Assembly (NCBI GenBank): GCA_977016875.1
Contig: CDRNST010000004.1
Span: 806,001 to 870,000, forward strand
Length of the DNA: 64,000 bases
Source: Pavona decussata
Lineage: Eukaryota
Direction: 5' to 3'
The notes beneath the pieces are model-generated. The model saw nothing but the letters and a program-made list of their open reading frames with translations. It made no database searches and had not been told where the DNA came from. Below are positions 38,079 through 50,519 of this stretch, piece by piece. Both the position numbers and the translations under genes were made by a program. Numbering within the stretch: the stretch's first letter is position 1; every line of letters starts with the position of its first letter.

Positions 38079-38610
38079 ATGGGTAACGGCAAGGAAACAG
38101 TTTCCACACTGTTTCTAAAGATCATAATAGGCAAGCTAAATAACATAGAAAGCAGAATGGAGAAGACGTTTATTAATTTGCATACTCAAATGTCAACTCT
38201 TAAGATGCCAACTGAAACAAGAAATCGAAGTTGTACAAGTTCAATCAAAGGGATAAAAAGTATTGTCGACAATGCGTGGGCTGCTATTGAAGATGTTCAA
38301 GAACAGCTCAAAATTTACAAGAGTTCGAAAAGGACCCATCAGGATATGCTTGACAACCAGTCTCAGGAAATCAAACTTTTTAAAGGAAAGCTAGTGAAAT
38401 CACAAGCTTGAACTGTGCTCCTGATCTCAATGCATCAAGGAACACAAAAAAATCTTGTTGGCACTGAAGATTATGAAAGGATGGAAAATTTCTGTTTCAT
38501 TAACATCCCCAAAGTTCCTGATGAAAGTGTTTCTTGTATAGTCTGGCATAATTGAGACCAAGCTAAAGATAAATCCAGCCAGTATAATATTCCATGCTAT
38601 ACACCAGGGA
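38079..38610 (+). mobile_element. LINE ORF1 (coiled-coil/RRM type) remnant
   Basis: Heptad-rich ORF 38079-38411, then EDYERMENFCFINIPK and FHAIH, resembling the LExYSRRxNLRFxGIPE motif. Confidence 0.55.
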
Positions 38611-39448
38611 AGGAGGATGTGATGTGAAAGTTATTAATTGAACCCTTTTGCATCAACAAGGATGCTTCTCACCAACATCCCACAAGATTTTCTTCCTGCC
38701 TCCTGTTAATCTGCCAACAGAAGTTACGGTTTTTCCTGTCCAGCCCTTTTAGCCAGAACCCTGCCTGGTTATTCTCAGACAAAGTACTCCGAAGAACATT
38801 CTGCAGTACTCAATATTTGAGTGAACAACCAGGAGATAGATTTATAGAAATTGATTATTTCAGTTTAATTCAAAACCATTATTAAACGATGGATAATTTT
38901 ACAAACAAGCGTAGCTTATATACATATTGCAATAAATACAAATATCACGCATAATTTTGTAAAGAAATAAACAAAGCAAAGAATCCTAACAATGTTCTTT
39001 GCAAACAATGCCAATTCCTTAGAGTGGACAGTTTTGACAACAACTCTGTCCATTTTTTCGACTTGCATTTAAACAAAACAAGTGTTGATGTCAAATTTAA
39101 CACTGTCTTCACTCCCGTAACAATTTGTTCCATACACCTGTATTTTGCTCCAAGGGACCTGACTATAACTTGTTAGTGTCCTAGTAACTTCTAATACTTC
39201 GTGCGGGCAAGCAGGTAACATGAGCAACAAGTATTAAGCTATTAAGATCACGTAAACTACAAATAAAGTTAGTGGTTACAGTCTGAGTAAACTATCTCAA
39301 TGTACACTAAACTCGCTACTGTTGTTTGCATGTAGAGCTAAGAAGGTTAGCTATGTTTCTATTTCCTTTAATACCGGTACTGAAAGATCACTCATTTTCA
39401 AAGACTTGATGTTCTCCATCTTGGAAATTGTACAATATCCATTGTTAA

Positions 39449-40081
39449 GGTGATTCCGCTGAAAAAGAAGGAGTATTTAAAATTGTCTAAGACTTGGTCC
39501 AGTTCATGACTATGTTATGAGCATTACAAAAATGCAATAAAAAATGAGGGTCACTGTGCTCGTTTCTGTGCAACCTGGATGGCTATTATAGTAAATAGAT
39601 GACCCAAGAGGTTTATGGTAGAAACGCTAGTGATCAGACAAGGGAACTGTCATCTCTAGAAAAATTAATTTCTTGCATTAAAATATCGAAGCAGTTCAAC
39701 AAAATTCACTTTAATCTTACACAACAAACTATTTTCATTGAACTGGAATTAAGATTATGAAAGAAATCAAAGATTTTGCTGCGTGTGCACGTAAGCAGCA
39801 CTACCTAAATACGTGCTTTTTAAAGCATTCAAATAAAAATATCTCAAAGTAGAGTATTAAACTTTTCTTTAAATCGCGATATATAGTAGCCAACCGTATG
39901 GCATTTAAATTGATGCATTAAAAAATGGGGGTCACCGTGCTCGTTTAGAAGAAAAGGACCATTTATTTTCCTGCCGAGCTTAACGTCAATGAAGTCCCGT
40001 AATGTTCTGCGTGCGCGCGCGGTAAATGGTGCGAAAAACTATGCGCAGCAAGGATGCGCAATGCAATTCAACGGAATCACC
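39449..40081. mobile_element. Non-autonomous Kolobok-like element
   Basis: TTAA at 39445-39448 and 40082-40085. TIR ggtgattccgctgaa / ttcaacggaatcacc (14/15 match). Confidence 0.85.
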
Positions 40082-40189
40082 TTAACCAGTTTCTTGACCA
40101 TGAATCCCAACAGTTGAATAGGAGACAAGGTTGTCAATTTGTTTTGGTTGGTCACTGAACTTTTTCTTGAGAACAGTAGCTGCATCATC

Positions 40190-40320
40190 TTCAGATTTCC
40201 ATTTACCCATGAAATGCTCTGAGCTCAATTGCGTGTTCTCCAAAGGCTTGAAGTCTTTTCTTCTTATGCGATCTAGACATGTCTTTTGCAGATGATTATC
40301 CTTAACAGCCGTTGTCAGTA
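40190..40320 (-). pseudogene. THAP-domain fragment
   Basis: LQKTCLDRIRRKDFKPLENTQLSSEHFMGK resembles the THAP W..IRR..F.P...LCSxHF motif. Confidence 0.45.
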
Positions 40321-43300
40321 ACTTTCAAGAATCCGGCAACAGAAGCAAAAAATCGAATTTCTTTTTACTTGCCCCAAAAGACCCTTTTGGTGAACTATTT
40401 TCAAAAATAATATTCAAAAGTTCCAGCAAATTTTTATTTTGGCAAAAATTGGGAAAGTTTGAAATTGGCCTAAACGTGCCCGATGGCCGGATTGAAATTA
40501 TGCAAATTAGTACATTTTCAAAACTCTCGTTCAAGACTAGGAAACTTTTTCTCGAGTTGATGTTTTCACAATCGTTTTTTTGCATCTCTTGTGCTTGCTT
40601 ACAAACTATATTTTATCTCGACCTGAACATTTTTTCATTTGAAGTTGCCAAGGAAAGAATGCAATGTTTGCTATTCCTTAGATAGAGTGATTTTTGCGAT
40701 ATTCCAGATGACCATATCATCGGGGGTATACGAATATACTGGTAATAAAAGAACTTTTTTGATCAGGTAATTGTTCTTATTTGTCATCTTAAAATATTAA
40801 GTTTGGCCCGTGAAACGTGAGTGCGCTAGGTCAAGATGTGTGGAATGCACTTTGACACAATTCGCTATTTCAGTACTTTATGTTCTTCCTGTTACTTTGC
40901 ACGTGTCAATACAGTTCACGGAAGCTTTTAGATAAAAGCCAATGAGGTCTCTGGTTTCCTCTCATGCTTTTATACACGTAAATAATTAGCTTTAAAATTT
41001 AGTGCTCCCCATATTAGCATTAAGTTGTCAAATGATTCTTTTCAGGTGAAATTTTCGAGTTTATATTGAGACGTTCAAGCGAGATGAAAGAAATGTTCCC
41101 AGGTAAATAACTTGAAATCAGTGAAAATAATATCCTCTCTCATATCATGCTACACTTCCAAACTACCGTTATTTTTAAGCTAGAAAGTGTAAATGCTCCC
41201 TTTTTACATGACCTAAAACAGAATTTGCCAAAATATTACGAATGAAGTCCAGCGCAAGAAAAAACTGAAAAAATCGAGCACCAACGTAGGTGTAAACACC
41301 AGCCGTTTCTCGACTTGCCACATGGATGAAACGCGTCGGTTGTTTTACCTCTGTGTACATTTATGACCAGGAAGTAGAAACAAAAAATCTTCTCTATGCC
41401 CATCTGTATAAAGACACTTAAAACACAGAAAGAGCACGGCTTTCTTCGTAACTTACAAAATAAACTTTTCAGCAAAAATTAATTTTTGCTGAACGTTTGC
41501 GTGTTTTGTTTTATCAAACACCCGAAGCGGAACACAATCAATACATCTTCTTAATGTAAGAGCGCCTCTTTTTGTTCTTCCTTCCTCCTTTTTTACATGC
41601 CTTAAGCTTCCCTTTTGATTAGTATTTTCATGTGAACAGGCTGATTTCTCTTGCAACATGGTAGAAAATATCGTTTTTCTTTGAATAGTCCTCCCGCGAC
41701 GAAAATTAAATTACCGCCTTCTGCGTATAGAGTTACCAAATAAATTTGTGCGGCTTAAAGCAGTTTTGCTGACAATAACCTAATCTTCTAAAGAGAATGA
41801 TTAAAAACTAAGTTCTTGGAATATAAAGTAAGAAACACGTTTTATAAGATCGATTGCTTTTTAAATGCCAATTACTTTCCTGAGTGAATGCAAAATCTTG
41901 TCATTCAAGGGAAAGTCACGCATGTAGGTAGGAAAAATATAAGCAATGAAAAGTTGACCAAACGACTCGCAAAATTTAATGTTAGGATTGTTAGCTGAAG
42001 TGAATTTTGGGAGTGCTACTTTAATTTTTGTACCCTTGCCTTTTTTTTCCATTAGTCTGTCAAAATCCCAGTATCGCCTGATACATCACATGGTTGCCTA
42101 TTGGCGAGTAAATTGATAGAGTCAACACCGAGTATTCTTAGGGCCTCATTATATGACCTTTACGTCGAAGCGGCAATCGTCGTAACCGGGTAAGGTCGGT
42201 AAACTGAGGTAACTCGAGCCTCCAAGAACTTGTTATTGATTTTCAACACCATTTTCACTTTTTTATTTTGTTTGTAAGTTCGATTTCGTTCGATTACCGA
42301 ACTCAATCGTACTCTTTCCACGGAACCATCATTTCCCGGTTTAGTGTGCACAAGGACAGTAGTTGTAACGAACCACCTTTGTAACAAGTAAGAGTGGTCT
42401 TTAAAATCAATTACGGGAGTTTCAACCTATAAAATTTGCAGTGCTTGACTGTCCTTTTTTCAGGTGGCTTTGAGTTCTATTCAACGATCATGAATTTTAA
42501 TGTAAATTAAATACAATTCCCCCAGTTCTCAGCCTGCAGAACAAATTTATTTATATATTTATTGTGTTTTTTAGGCGAGTGTTGGGAAGCGCGCACTTCG
42601 TGCTTGCCTCCGCTCGCCTGTAGTACCGGCGAGTTACTTACCACCTCTATATGTAATCCATGTCTGGATGAGTCTGGAATATGAAAATGACAACAATTGA
42701 GTTATTTATCGATTGCGTGGTGTTGTGGGCGTACATGAATTAAAAAAAGTAAACAAGCTTAATAGCTAACTCTACTCACCTGGTCAAAGACCATAGTATT
42801 TTGTAGGAAGCTTATCAGCTCTTCCAAAAAATCTCTGACTTGATCGTCATGTACCTCAAGCTGATCAATAGCAAAAGAAATAAACTCGCATTTATAAGTT
42901 TTTAAAGGATTACTGCTTGTCAAGAAGTCTTGCTAAATAAAAATTACCGTGAACGGTGTTGAAGGCGAAGCTATTGCTTGACAAACAAGCAGTGTGGTGT
43001 GATATCAGTGAAACAGCCGTAATACGCATGAGTTACCCAGGCCACATTTTGAATGTGAATCATAGGAATATTTTGGGTATGGGTATTGTTAAGGTGAAAA
43101 TTTGTGAGACGCATCTATTCATTGAAACATCAAAAGATAAACAGAGGAAAACAAGAGATCAGAAGTTGAAGTTTTTCGACAGAAGTGGCATGACTATCGA
43201 CGGTAAACTAAACACGAATTTAACATCGCCTGTAGCATCGCGGAAGTCATGTTTTTGAGCGTATTATATCAAAAACGAAAGTTCTCAATAAGAATATGTA

Positions 43301-43714
43301 TTGTATTGAAATCCTATGCTGTCAATGTTCTAATAGGCGCGATTTCCTAATAGACCTTAACGCATTGTTTTCATAGTTTTGTTGGTGACGTCACAAGGGT
43401 CACGTTGGGACATAGGCCGCAAAAATGTTATGTTTAAGCTACATACTAGCAGTTATCATAGATTATGTAGAGCGTTTGGCACCTTAAATTGAACAAAGTT
43501 TGCAAAATGGTGCACTCTTTCATGTTCGTTTCAATACAGAAACCCCAAGCTTTATGAGAGATGTAGGCTGTGACCTTTGCGTGGTTACGTTTTCAGCTAT
43601 AAGAGTTCCCTTGTTTCGAGGTGCAGAAATCACACATTGTATGCCAGCACAAAGAAACTTTCCTTGCAATAAAAGCATCTTTATCTATAGCTGTCACAGT
43701 TAAAATCCCCAGGT

Positions 43715-43815
43715 TTTCATTGGACGGGAAACAGGTGAAAACCGGAAGCGACTCTTTTTAGTAATGATGCACGTGGCGCAGTTAAGCTAATTCAGACCTG
43801 CGTCATCAACGTGAC
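43715..43815 (+). promoter_or_regulatory. Candidate proximal promoter of the Frizzled-CRD gene
   Basis: Within ~160 bp of the ATG: reverse CCAAT (attgg ~43719), ETS ACCGGAAG (43741), E-box CACGTG (43770) and CRE-like TGCGTCA (43799). Confidence 0.4.
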
Positions 43816-43872
43816 AGCTTGTTTAACGCCCGAACCAAGCCAAACCAGAACTTGGCGTCCTTAAGCAGCAAA

Positions 43873-44472
43873 ATGTTAGCGATCCTGTCCTATCTTGTGG
43901 TATTAATTTTAACGGCTGAACCTGTGGTTACCAAGGACATGCCAAAGTGTAGGAACATGGTAGTTCCCATGTGCAACAGCATTTTCGGCGCCAACACAAC
44001 TCACCATACCACCATTACAATCGCACGTCAAAAGGAACTTGGAAAGGAACTACGGACACATTTTATGCTTCTTGTGCACATGAAATGTTCTCACTTCACT
44101 GTTATGTTTGTTTGCCTGAGTCACCTGCCTTTCTGTTCAATGAGCCACACTGATCTTCCAACACTATTGCCATGCCGTCCTGTTTGTCATCATGTGTATC
44201 ACCACTGCATCTGCCATTTTAACAAGCTCCGTCTTCCCTGGCCAAAGCACATCAACTGCACTAAATTTCCTCTTTATCCAGAACTTTGTATCCAGTCGCC
44301 GTCAGTATCTTCTTTTCAACCAACAACAGCTATAACTACCACTAGAACTCTCACAAGGTTATTTTATTCAAGCCTCCATCCTACGTTGCCTTCCACTACG
44401 CCACCGCATCTGGTCACCACTTCACACACGGACTCAGAGAATGACACTCTTATAAATTTATTTGGTTTTTAG
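43873..44472 (+). CDS. Intronless signal-peptide + Frizzled cysteine-rich domain (FZ/CRD) + Ser/Thr/Pro stalk protein; TM-containing extension in the -1 frame to 44648
   Basis: AAAATG start and hydrophobic leader MLAILSYLVVLILTA. Ten CRD cysteines in canonical spacing (C..VPMC, C..FVC..LPFC, PCRPVC..C, WP..NC.KFP..LC). T/S/P-rich linker. Confidence 0.85.
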   Translation: MLAILSYLVVLILTAEPVVTKDMPKCRNMVVPMCNSIFGANTTHHTTITIARQKELGKELRTHFMLLVHMKCSHFTVMFVCLSHLPFCSMSHTDLPTLLPCRPVCHHVYHHCICHFNKLRLPWPKHINCTKFPLYPELCIQSPSVSSFQPTTAITTTRTLTRLFYSSLHPTLPSTTPPHLVTTSHTDSENDTLINLFGF

Positions 44473-44614
44473 CGGACTTTGTTCCCAGACTCATTTCTTC
44501 TCTGTATATTGTTTTGATTCTTCTTTGTTTATCCCTTTTTGTACCTTTAGTTTTGTTTGTGGCCTACGTTTGGTGGCTCAGGTTTAGGGTGGAGCGGCCT
44601 CGTCCACAGAATAT

Positions 44615-44775
44615 AAGCCTTAGACCTTTATTGAGAATTGTATTTTAGCCATTGACCTTGCCATTGTCATTTTAAATTATATTTATTTAGGATATCTTTA
44701 TTGTAAAGCGCGTGAGAGCATCTGTTTATGATTCCTGCGCCATATAAATAATAAATTATTAATTAATTAATTAAA
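44615..44775 (+). mobile_element. L2/CR1-type LINE 3' tail
   Basis: tgtaaagcgc.tgagagca...gcgccatataaataataaatt(atta)n. Same architecture as the RT-linked L2 tail at 59430-59535 on the minus strand. Confidence 0.7.
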
Positions 44776-47307
44776 TATCCCGATAAGGGAGATCGTGGGA
44801 CCACTCTCCCCTATTCCTGAGCAATGAAACTTTTTTGGAGTCGTATTGTTGTAATTCTGCTGTTTTGTTTCGTCACCAAATGTGCATGTTGCCATTTCAA
44901 AAATTTGATACATTTTGCTTTCACTACATTGTACCAAAAGATAGGTATTAGATATAAAATTTTGGCTATGTTTTGTTATATGCTCGTTCTCTTTAATTAG
45001 AATATTTTAGATGACCAGTTCTGCATTGTTTGATTAATGATTTTTATTTAAAAATCGCGCAAATCAAAAATAGGTTTAAAAATCCTTAAATACGGTAACA
45101 TTGGTCAAGACTTTCCTATTTGTTCTGGCTCTGAAAAGAGCCGTTTTGCGAAGCCATAAGAAGAACCGTTCAAAGTTGATTGAAGAAAAATTCTTCCATA
45201 TCGTTGAGTCTGTCCACCATTAAAACGATGCCCCCTCCTATGACACAGTATTGTTCCAGCACCTTGCCTAAATCTTCAAGCGAGATGGAAGAAATGTTTT
45301 TCAGAACTTCCAGGAGTTGCTCTCGTCGAGTTTGCAAAATATCCACAAGACCCAAGCGCTCATCACGAATGAAGTTGATCTCCTTCATCTAAAATCTGTG
45401 TCCTAATCTACTGTTAAAACAACAGCAAACCCTAAATAGAAATATAGATAGAAAAATATGGATCAAAATTACAACTCACAGGAATGGAATGGTTTATTTC
45501 CTGAGAGGTCCGCAAGATAAGTGGGATTGGCAGCACAGAAATAATTGATAACTTTGAAGTTACCTAGCAATAGTTAACTTTGGACTAGAGGGCATAAGCG
45601 CTTTCTTGAGACATGTGAAAAGACCTACATTTCTATGACCTGCTGTAGTTATACAATAAATTGCGTCTTTCGCAGAGGTGAATTGTGAAATGAAATAGTT
45701 TGGTGTTTTTTTAATTGGTGTTCATATAATTGCAGCGTGGAGGTACGAAAGTTCACTTCGAGTTTTGAAAAGTATATCACGAGTAGTAAAACGTTTTGAA
45801 ACTTCTTACATCCATGCTTGTTGAAAAATTATTCGCCATAAAAGTAACTAGTACATCAGTGAAAGTTATTGTTTATCGTTTGGTCGGCGGCCGCTTGCGC
45901 GACACAAGCGCACTCTCACGGCAAAACAGGAATATTTTCGACAGCTGTGATTAAATAGCAATGAATCGTTGAATGTATCTGGCTTGCTTTTCAATACTAA
46001 AGTATTCTCTTTTAGTAGCGGTGCATCCGAGGTTTGTTTTGTTGGAAAGCGCCTTAAATTCATTAGCTCCTCTGCCAATAGGACAAAAGGATACCCATTA
46101 GATCTTGTGTTATATCGAAAAAGGATTTTTTTTTTCATCAAAAAATTGTACGTGATAAGTTTCCCAAACGTTACTATGTGAAGTGGCATACTGAACGTTG
46201 CACGCATGAAAAAAAAATCAGGCTTGGTCACCGAGCAAAATTTCAAGTCAAAGAATGTTTCTTGCAGCTTTTATTTTATGCTGCATTTCCACCTCTGTTG
46301 TTGTGCGCGCGCGGCTTTTGATAGACGCTTTGACTCATTCAGCTGACGCGTACACCCTTGTTATGGCGTGGGTGAGTTTGGCGCGCACACGCGGCTACAA
46401 ACCCTTTCGAGAATCCTAAGCAAATTGTTATTTCACGTCGAAGAAAATGAGGCAGGTGGCCCGCGAGTTGCGTGAGATTCCAGTGCATATTTCTCCCAAA
46501 ACCAGTTCTCTACTAAACTTTCCATTGTTAGTTAATTGAAAACAAACTTTCCTGGAAAGTCAATGAACTCACATAACGTACGACAGTTTTTAAATGTGAC
46601 CATTCCCAAAGGATCGAAATTTTATTCAAATTTTGTAGGATTGAAAGAGTGGCCTGGAATCCCAGATAACAATAGGATAATCTTTGCTGACATCATTGTT
46701 TACATTTGGTGTTGTTAGCATACGACTTTACATAGATTAGTCTTAAATGAAGTTGTTACAAAAGTTGAAAGAGTGTTCTAAGCTTAATTTTGATGCAATT
46801 TTTCTCTCTTCTCGTGTGATTTGAAAAGGGATACCAGCTTTCAAAAACTATTTATCACTGTGACTTTCACCAGGCAATGTTTTGTTGCCTAGAAACAGAA
46901 CCAAATAGCCAAGGACTGATAGCTATAGGTGCTGAAGGCCCTAGAGATCTTGGGACCACCTCCCCCCATTCCTGAGCAATGAAACTTTTTGCGAGTCATA
47001 TTGCTGTAATTTTTTAAAAAATTTCTGCTGTTTTTTTTCGTTACCAAATGTACATGTTAGTGTCACCAAATGTACATGTCACTGTCCAGATACCGACCCC
47101 CTTAGGAGTGCTTTCTTGATAAATGGATTATGCTAAACACTTGGTTCCCATTAATAAACACCGACTGCATGTGGTTGAGAAAATATTGAGAAACACATCT
47201 CGATGAATCCCATGTGCTGTAAGCTCACTCTTTCCCCTCTTTGATCATTCCTTTTTTGGCCTAATCTTTACAAAGATTGACAGGCGTATGTATTTCATTT
47301 ATCAAAA

Positions 47308-47660
47308 GTGACAAGACCGTCCATGTAATTTGTTTTATTATACATAGCTATTTACATCAGAACGTATTGCTGTCCTAGTGGGAAGACCGTCCATGTAATT
47401 TATCATACATAGCTATTTACAAGCGGAACGTATGGCTGTCCTGGTGACAAGACCGTCCATGTGATTTATTAGACATAGCTATTTACAAGCGGAACGTATG
47501 GCTGTCCTAGTGACAAGACCGTCCATGTGATTTATTAGACATGGCTATTTACAAGCCGAATGTATGGCTGTCCTAGTGACAAGACCGTCCATGTAATTTA
47601 TTATACATAGCTATTTACAAGCGGAATGTATGGCTGTCCTAGTGACAAGACCGTCCATGC
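47308..47660. repeat. 66-bp minisatellite, ~5.3 copies
   Basis: Unit starts gtgacaagaccgtccatg at 47308, 47378 (variant), 47444, 47510, 47576 and 47642. Confidence 0.95.
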
Positions 47661-48289
47661 AATTCATTTTATTATGCTATCAACCGGCACCTGATATGGA
47701 AACTGGACTTTCCTTAGACCTATAATATTTTTCAAAAATTCTAAACTTAAACTTTTTCTGCAGCAATAGGCTTGAGATTGATTGTCAAAATTATTAACCT
47801 ACTTATAATGCTTCTGCAGGAATAGATCTGAGACCACTCAAGGACGAAAGCAAGTAAAATATCCAGGGAGATTTATTACTCCTAGGTTTTTTTCGTGTCA
47901 TGTAAACTATTTATTCAATGATTGATTGAAACCACTTGTGGAAAACAACAAAAATTTCGAAATTGCAGATGTTTCGAAATAACTGACAGTAAATGAGTGA
48001 AAAAAAAAGACCCTTTAAGGGAAATATATTTGAGTTCGAAATGGCGAGGGTACTGTTTAGAGAGGATGAGGTAAGAGGGCCCATCCCCGTGCCCCACAAT
48101 AGTTTTTTTAATCTATTTAAAGTTTAATGCTTCGCTGTGATTTTTGTTCCCATGGTCACACAGCTACGTCATTACAACTGGCCTATCAGGTGTCTCTCTC
48201 AAAATAGCGAAGCAGCTAAAATTGGATCTCAAAAAACTATAATTGGAAGCGGTCCATTTAAGGGGATGGGTTCTCTTACCTCATCTGGT

Positions 48290-49265
48290 ACTGTATCTAC
48301 TCATTATCCTCATTATCACCTTCCATTTGTAAATAAATTTCTCTTTGGGGCTCCAGCATGTATTTGGAGGCCATTGCCTTCAGGTCCTTTACTTTGGCTG
48401 GGTTGAGGGGGAGCTTGCCACGGTAGAGTTTGTCCGGCTGGTCAGTTAAGGTCTGGATTTCTTTGATTTTTAGTTTTTTCCACGGCTCTGACGAGGAAAA
48501 AACCGGTTCTGATCCAGATCTCATTGGGGTGGTGCACAAGTCTTACTCCTTCTTCGTCCTCTTCGTCGCTGCACCCAAAATCCATCCATTGCATTTCCCT
48601 TATCCTTACTTGGCTTCCATCCTGGTACTTTTTTCCCATCTTGTACTTCATGTCACCCTGCTCCACTTCTGTTGCGATGAATGGTTTCTTTAAGTTGGCC
48701 TCCCTGATGACTTGGGTCCAATCGCCTGGCAATAAGACTTCAGTGGTCCTCTTTCTCTTTACTATTAGACTGAAATCGCGTTCATTTTCGAGGAAAGTGT
48801 GACCCCTCACCAGAAACTTATAGTTAATTATGTCATACACTCCCCTTTTGTGCATGTCGTGAAAAAGGGAAATTATGGTACAGTTCTTGTTTTGCCCACC
48901 ACAGCCATCGGAAAATGTGACGAGTGATCTGTTAAAAAAAGAAAGAGAAACGGGTTTTGTTTGCATTCTTTCTAAAGCGTTTTTAGAATCAATTGAACAT
49001 GCAAGCTGATAAAGATTGGAGAAAGTCAATTTTTGCAAAATATTATAATTTGTAAAGTGAAATGCCATGTCGAGGTAATCTATGCTTTCAATAAATTCTA
49101 CAAATTTTAATTTTTTATTGGGGCATCACAATAAATTACACAGAAAAGGCAGCCAGCATTGTACCTTGCTCCTGTGCTGTTCTCAATGATGTGCTTCAAC
49201 AAGCATGACGCAACCTCGGAAGAGCCCCTCTTTGCTCTGGTTTCGTCCCAGAAATACACATAACC
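48290..49265 (-). mobile_element. Sola1-like DDD transposase pseudogene (spliced)
   Basis: Exon [19 protein letters not shown] (49165-49265), then SDGCGGQNKN, KFLVRGHTFLENERDF and LPLNPAKVKDL. Confidence 0.8.
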
Positions 49266-50519
49266 CTATAGATCAACACAAAAAAATAGTAAATATACTG
49301 ACTACAGTGTAAATAGTTTAACAGTTAAGAGATGTAGTGCCTCTCGGTTACATCACAGCTACCCAAAAACAAAATTGAATTTAAGCTTATAGGACTGGCT
49401 ATTCGAATATTTCATCGATTTTTCAAGAAAATGAATTCCCGAGTTTTCCGCGCAGTTGAAACTTGAAAGTGTAGATTGTTTTTCCCGAGATCTAATTCAA
49501 TACGATTTCCATATTTTGAAAGTTGTTTTTTTACTCGAGGTCAGTGTCCTAAGGGGTAAAAAATGGTGTCAGGGTTTTCCTTAATTCGAATTCATTCAAA
49601 AATTACAGAATAATTTTAAAACTTCGAGAAAACCATGCGAAGGGAACGCACAGAAATGACTGTGAGGGGAATAATTTTTCGAATAATTGAATTCCCCGAC
49701 ACTAGTTTTGTTGTTTATAGATTATTCTAGAATCTGGCCAAATTTGACTAAAATCGGCTGAATCGCTTTTGAGTTGTGACTCTTGAAAGTGTCCCCTTCA
49801 AGCGAAAACTAGAATTTGAGAAAACAGCACTTGAATTGTCACGCAAAGTTTTACTTCCCGTAGAAATCGCTTACATCCTAATTTCTCGGCAAATATTCAC
49901 TCATTTTCAATTTTTTTATTTGAAAGATCTTGCGGGAAAGTTTAGTTACCACTGTACTTATAGGGCCCGGTATCCTTAACTGATTAATGCAAAAGCTATA
50001 ACTATAGCAATTTTGGTTATTTTAATCCACGGGATGTTTCATCGGTTTTCATTAAATGCAGAAGAAGTTTGTCCAAAAATTGCCCCCGTCGCGTTTTGTT
50101 TTGCATGGCCCCGTGAAAAGTGGACTATTCCTTCACAAATAATCGAGTCCTAACCAATTTTTGGATTGGTCAGCACCAACTATTGCTGTAGTGCAAATAT
50201 GCCTAGCTAAAAGTATAATCAGTCTAAATGGTTATAATAAAACCTATCAGTCATGCATGTAGCCACATGTATATGGAGTGACAAAAAGTGGGAGGAGGGG
50301 GGAAAGGGTTATTGGTGACTTAATTGTTTAGGTATGACAACAGCCCTTAAGCTCCCCAAAAAGTAAAGAAGAATTTTAAGTCCCAGTGAAGGATCTCACT
50401 GGTCTAAAAGTAATTTAATGATATAAGCTCCAGTTAAGCTTATTGATGATTTATTTTTCCTTACTCATGAGATACACACAAATAACAGCATGCAGAAGTG
50501 GGCGGTTCTTAAATGAAAA

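Larger units (their letters stand above)
42780..45388 (-). pseudogene. Two candidate exons of an unidentified minus-strand gene
   Basis: 42780-42860 is an 81-bp AG/GTGAGT-bounded exon (LEVHDDQVRDFLEELISFLQNTMVFDQ). 45170-45388 is an AG-preceded helical peptide ending in TGA. Linkage of the two is inferred. Confidence 0.35.

Noticed and set aside
40325-42085. Large non-coding DNA transposon
   Set aside because: It looks repeat-like, but I could not establish convincing TIRs or a TSD, and the short ORFs here have no recognisable domains.
48066-48295. 24-bp inverted repeat as a complete MITE
   Set aside because: Only the right side has a CAGT/TA-type terminus. No matching left terminus or TSD was found.
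49325-49980. Fourth Kolobok-like element ending ..ggtatccTTAA
   Set aside because: No matching left TIR was found.
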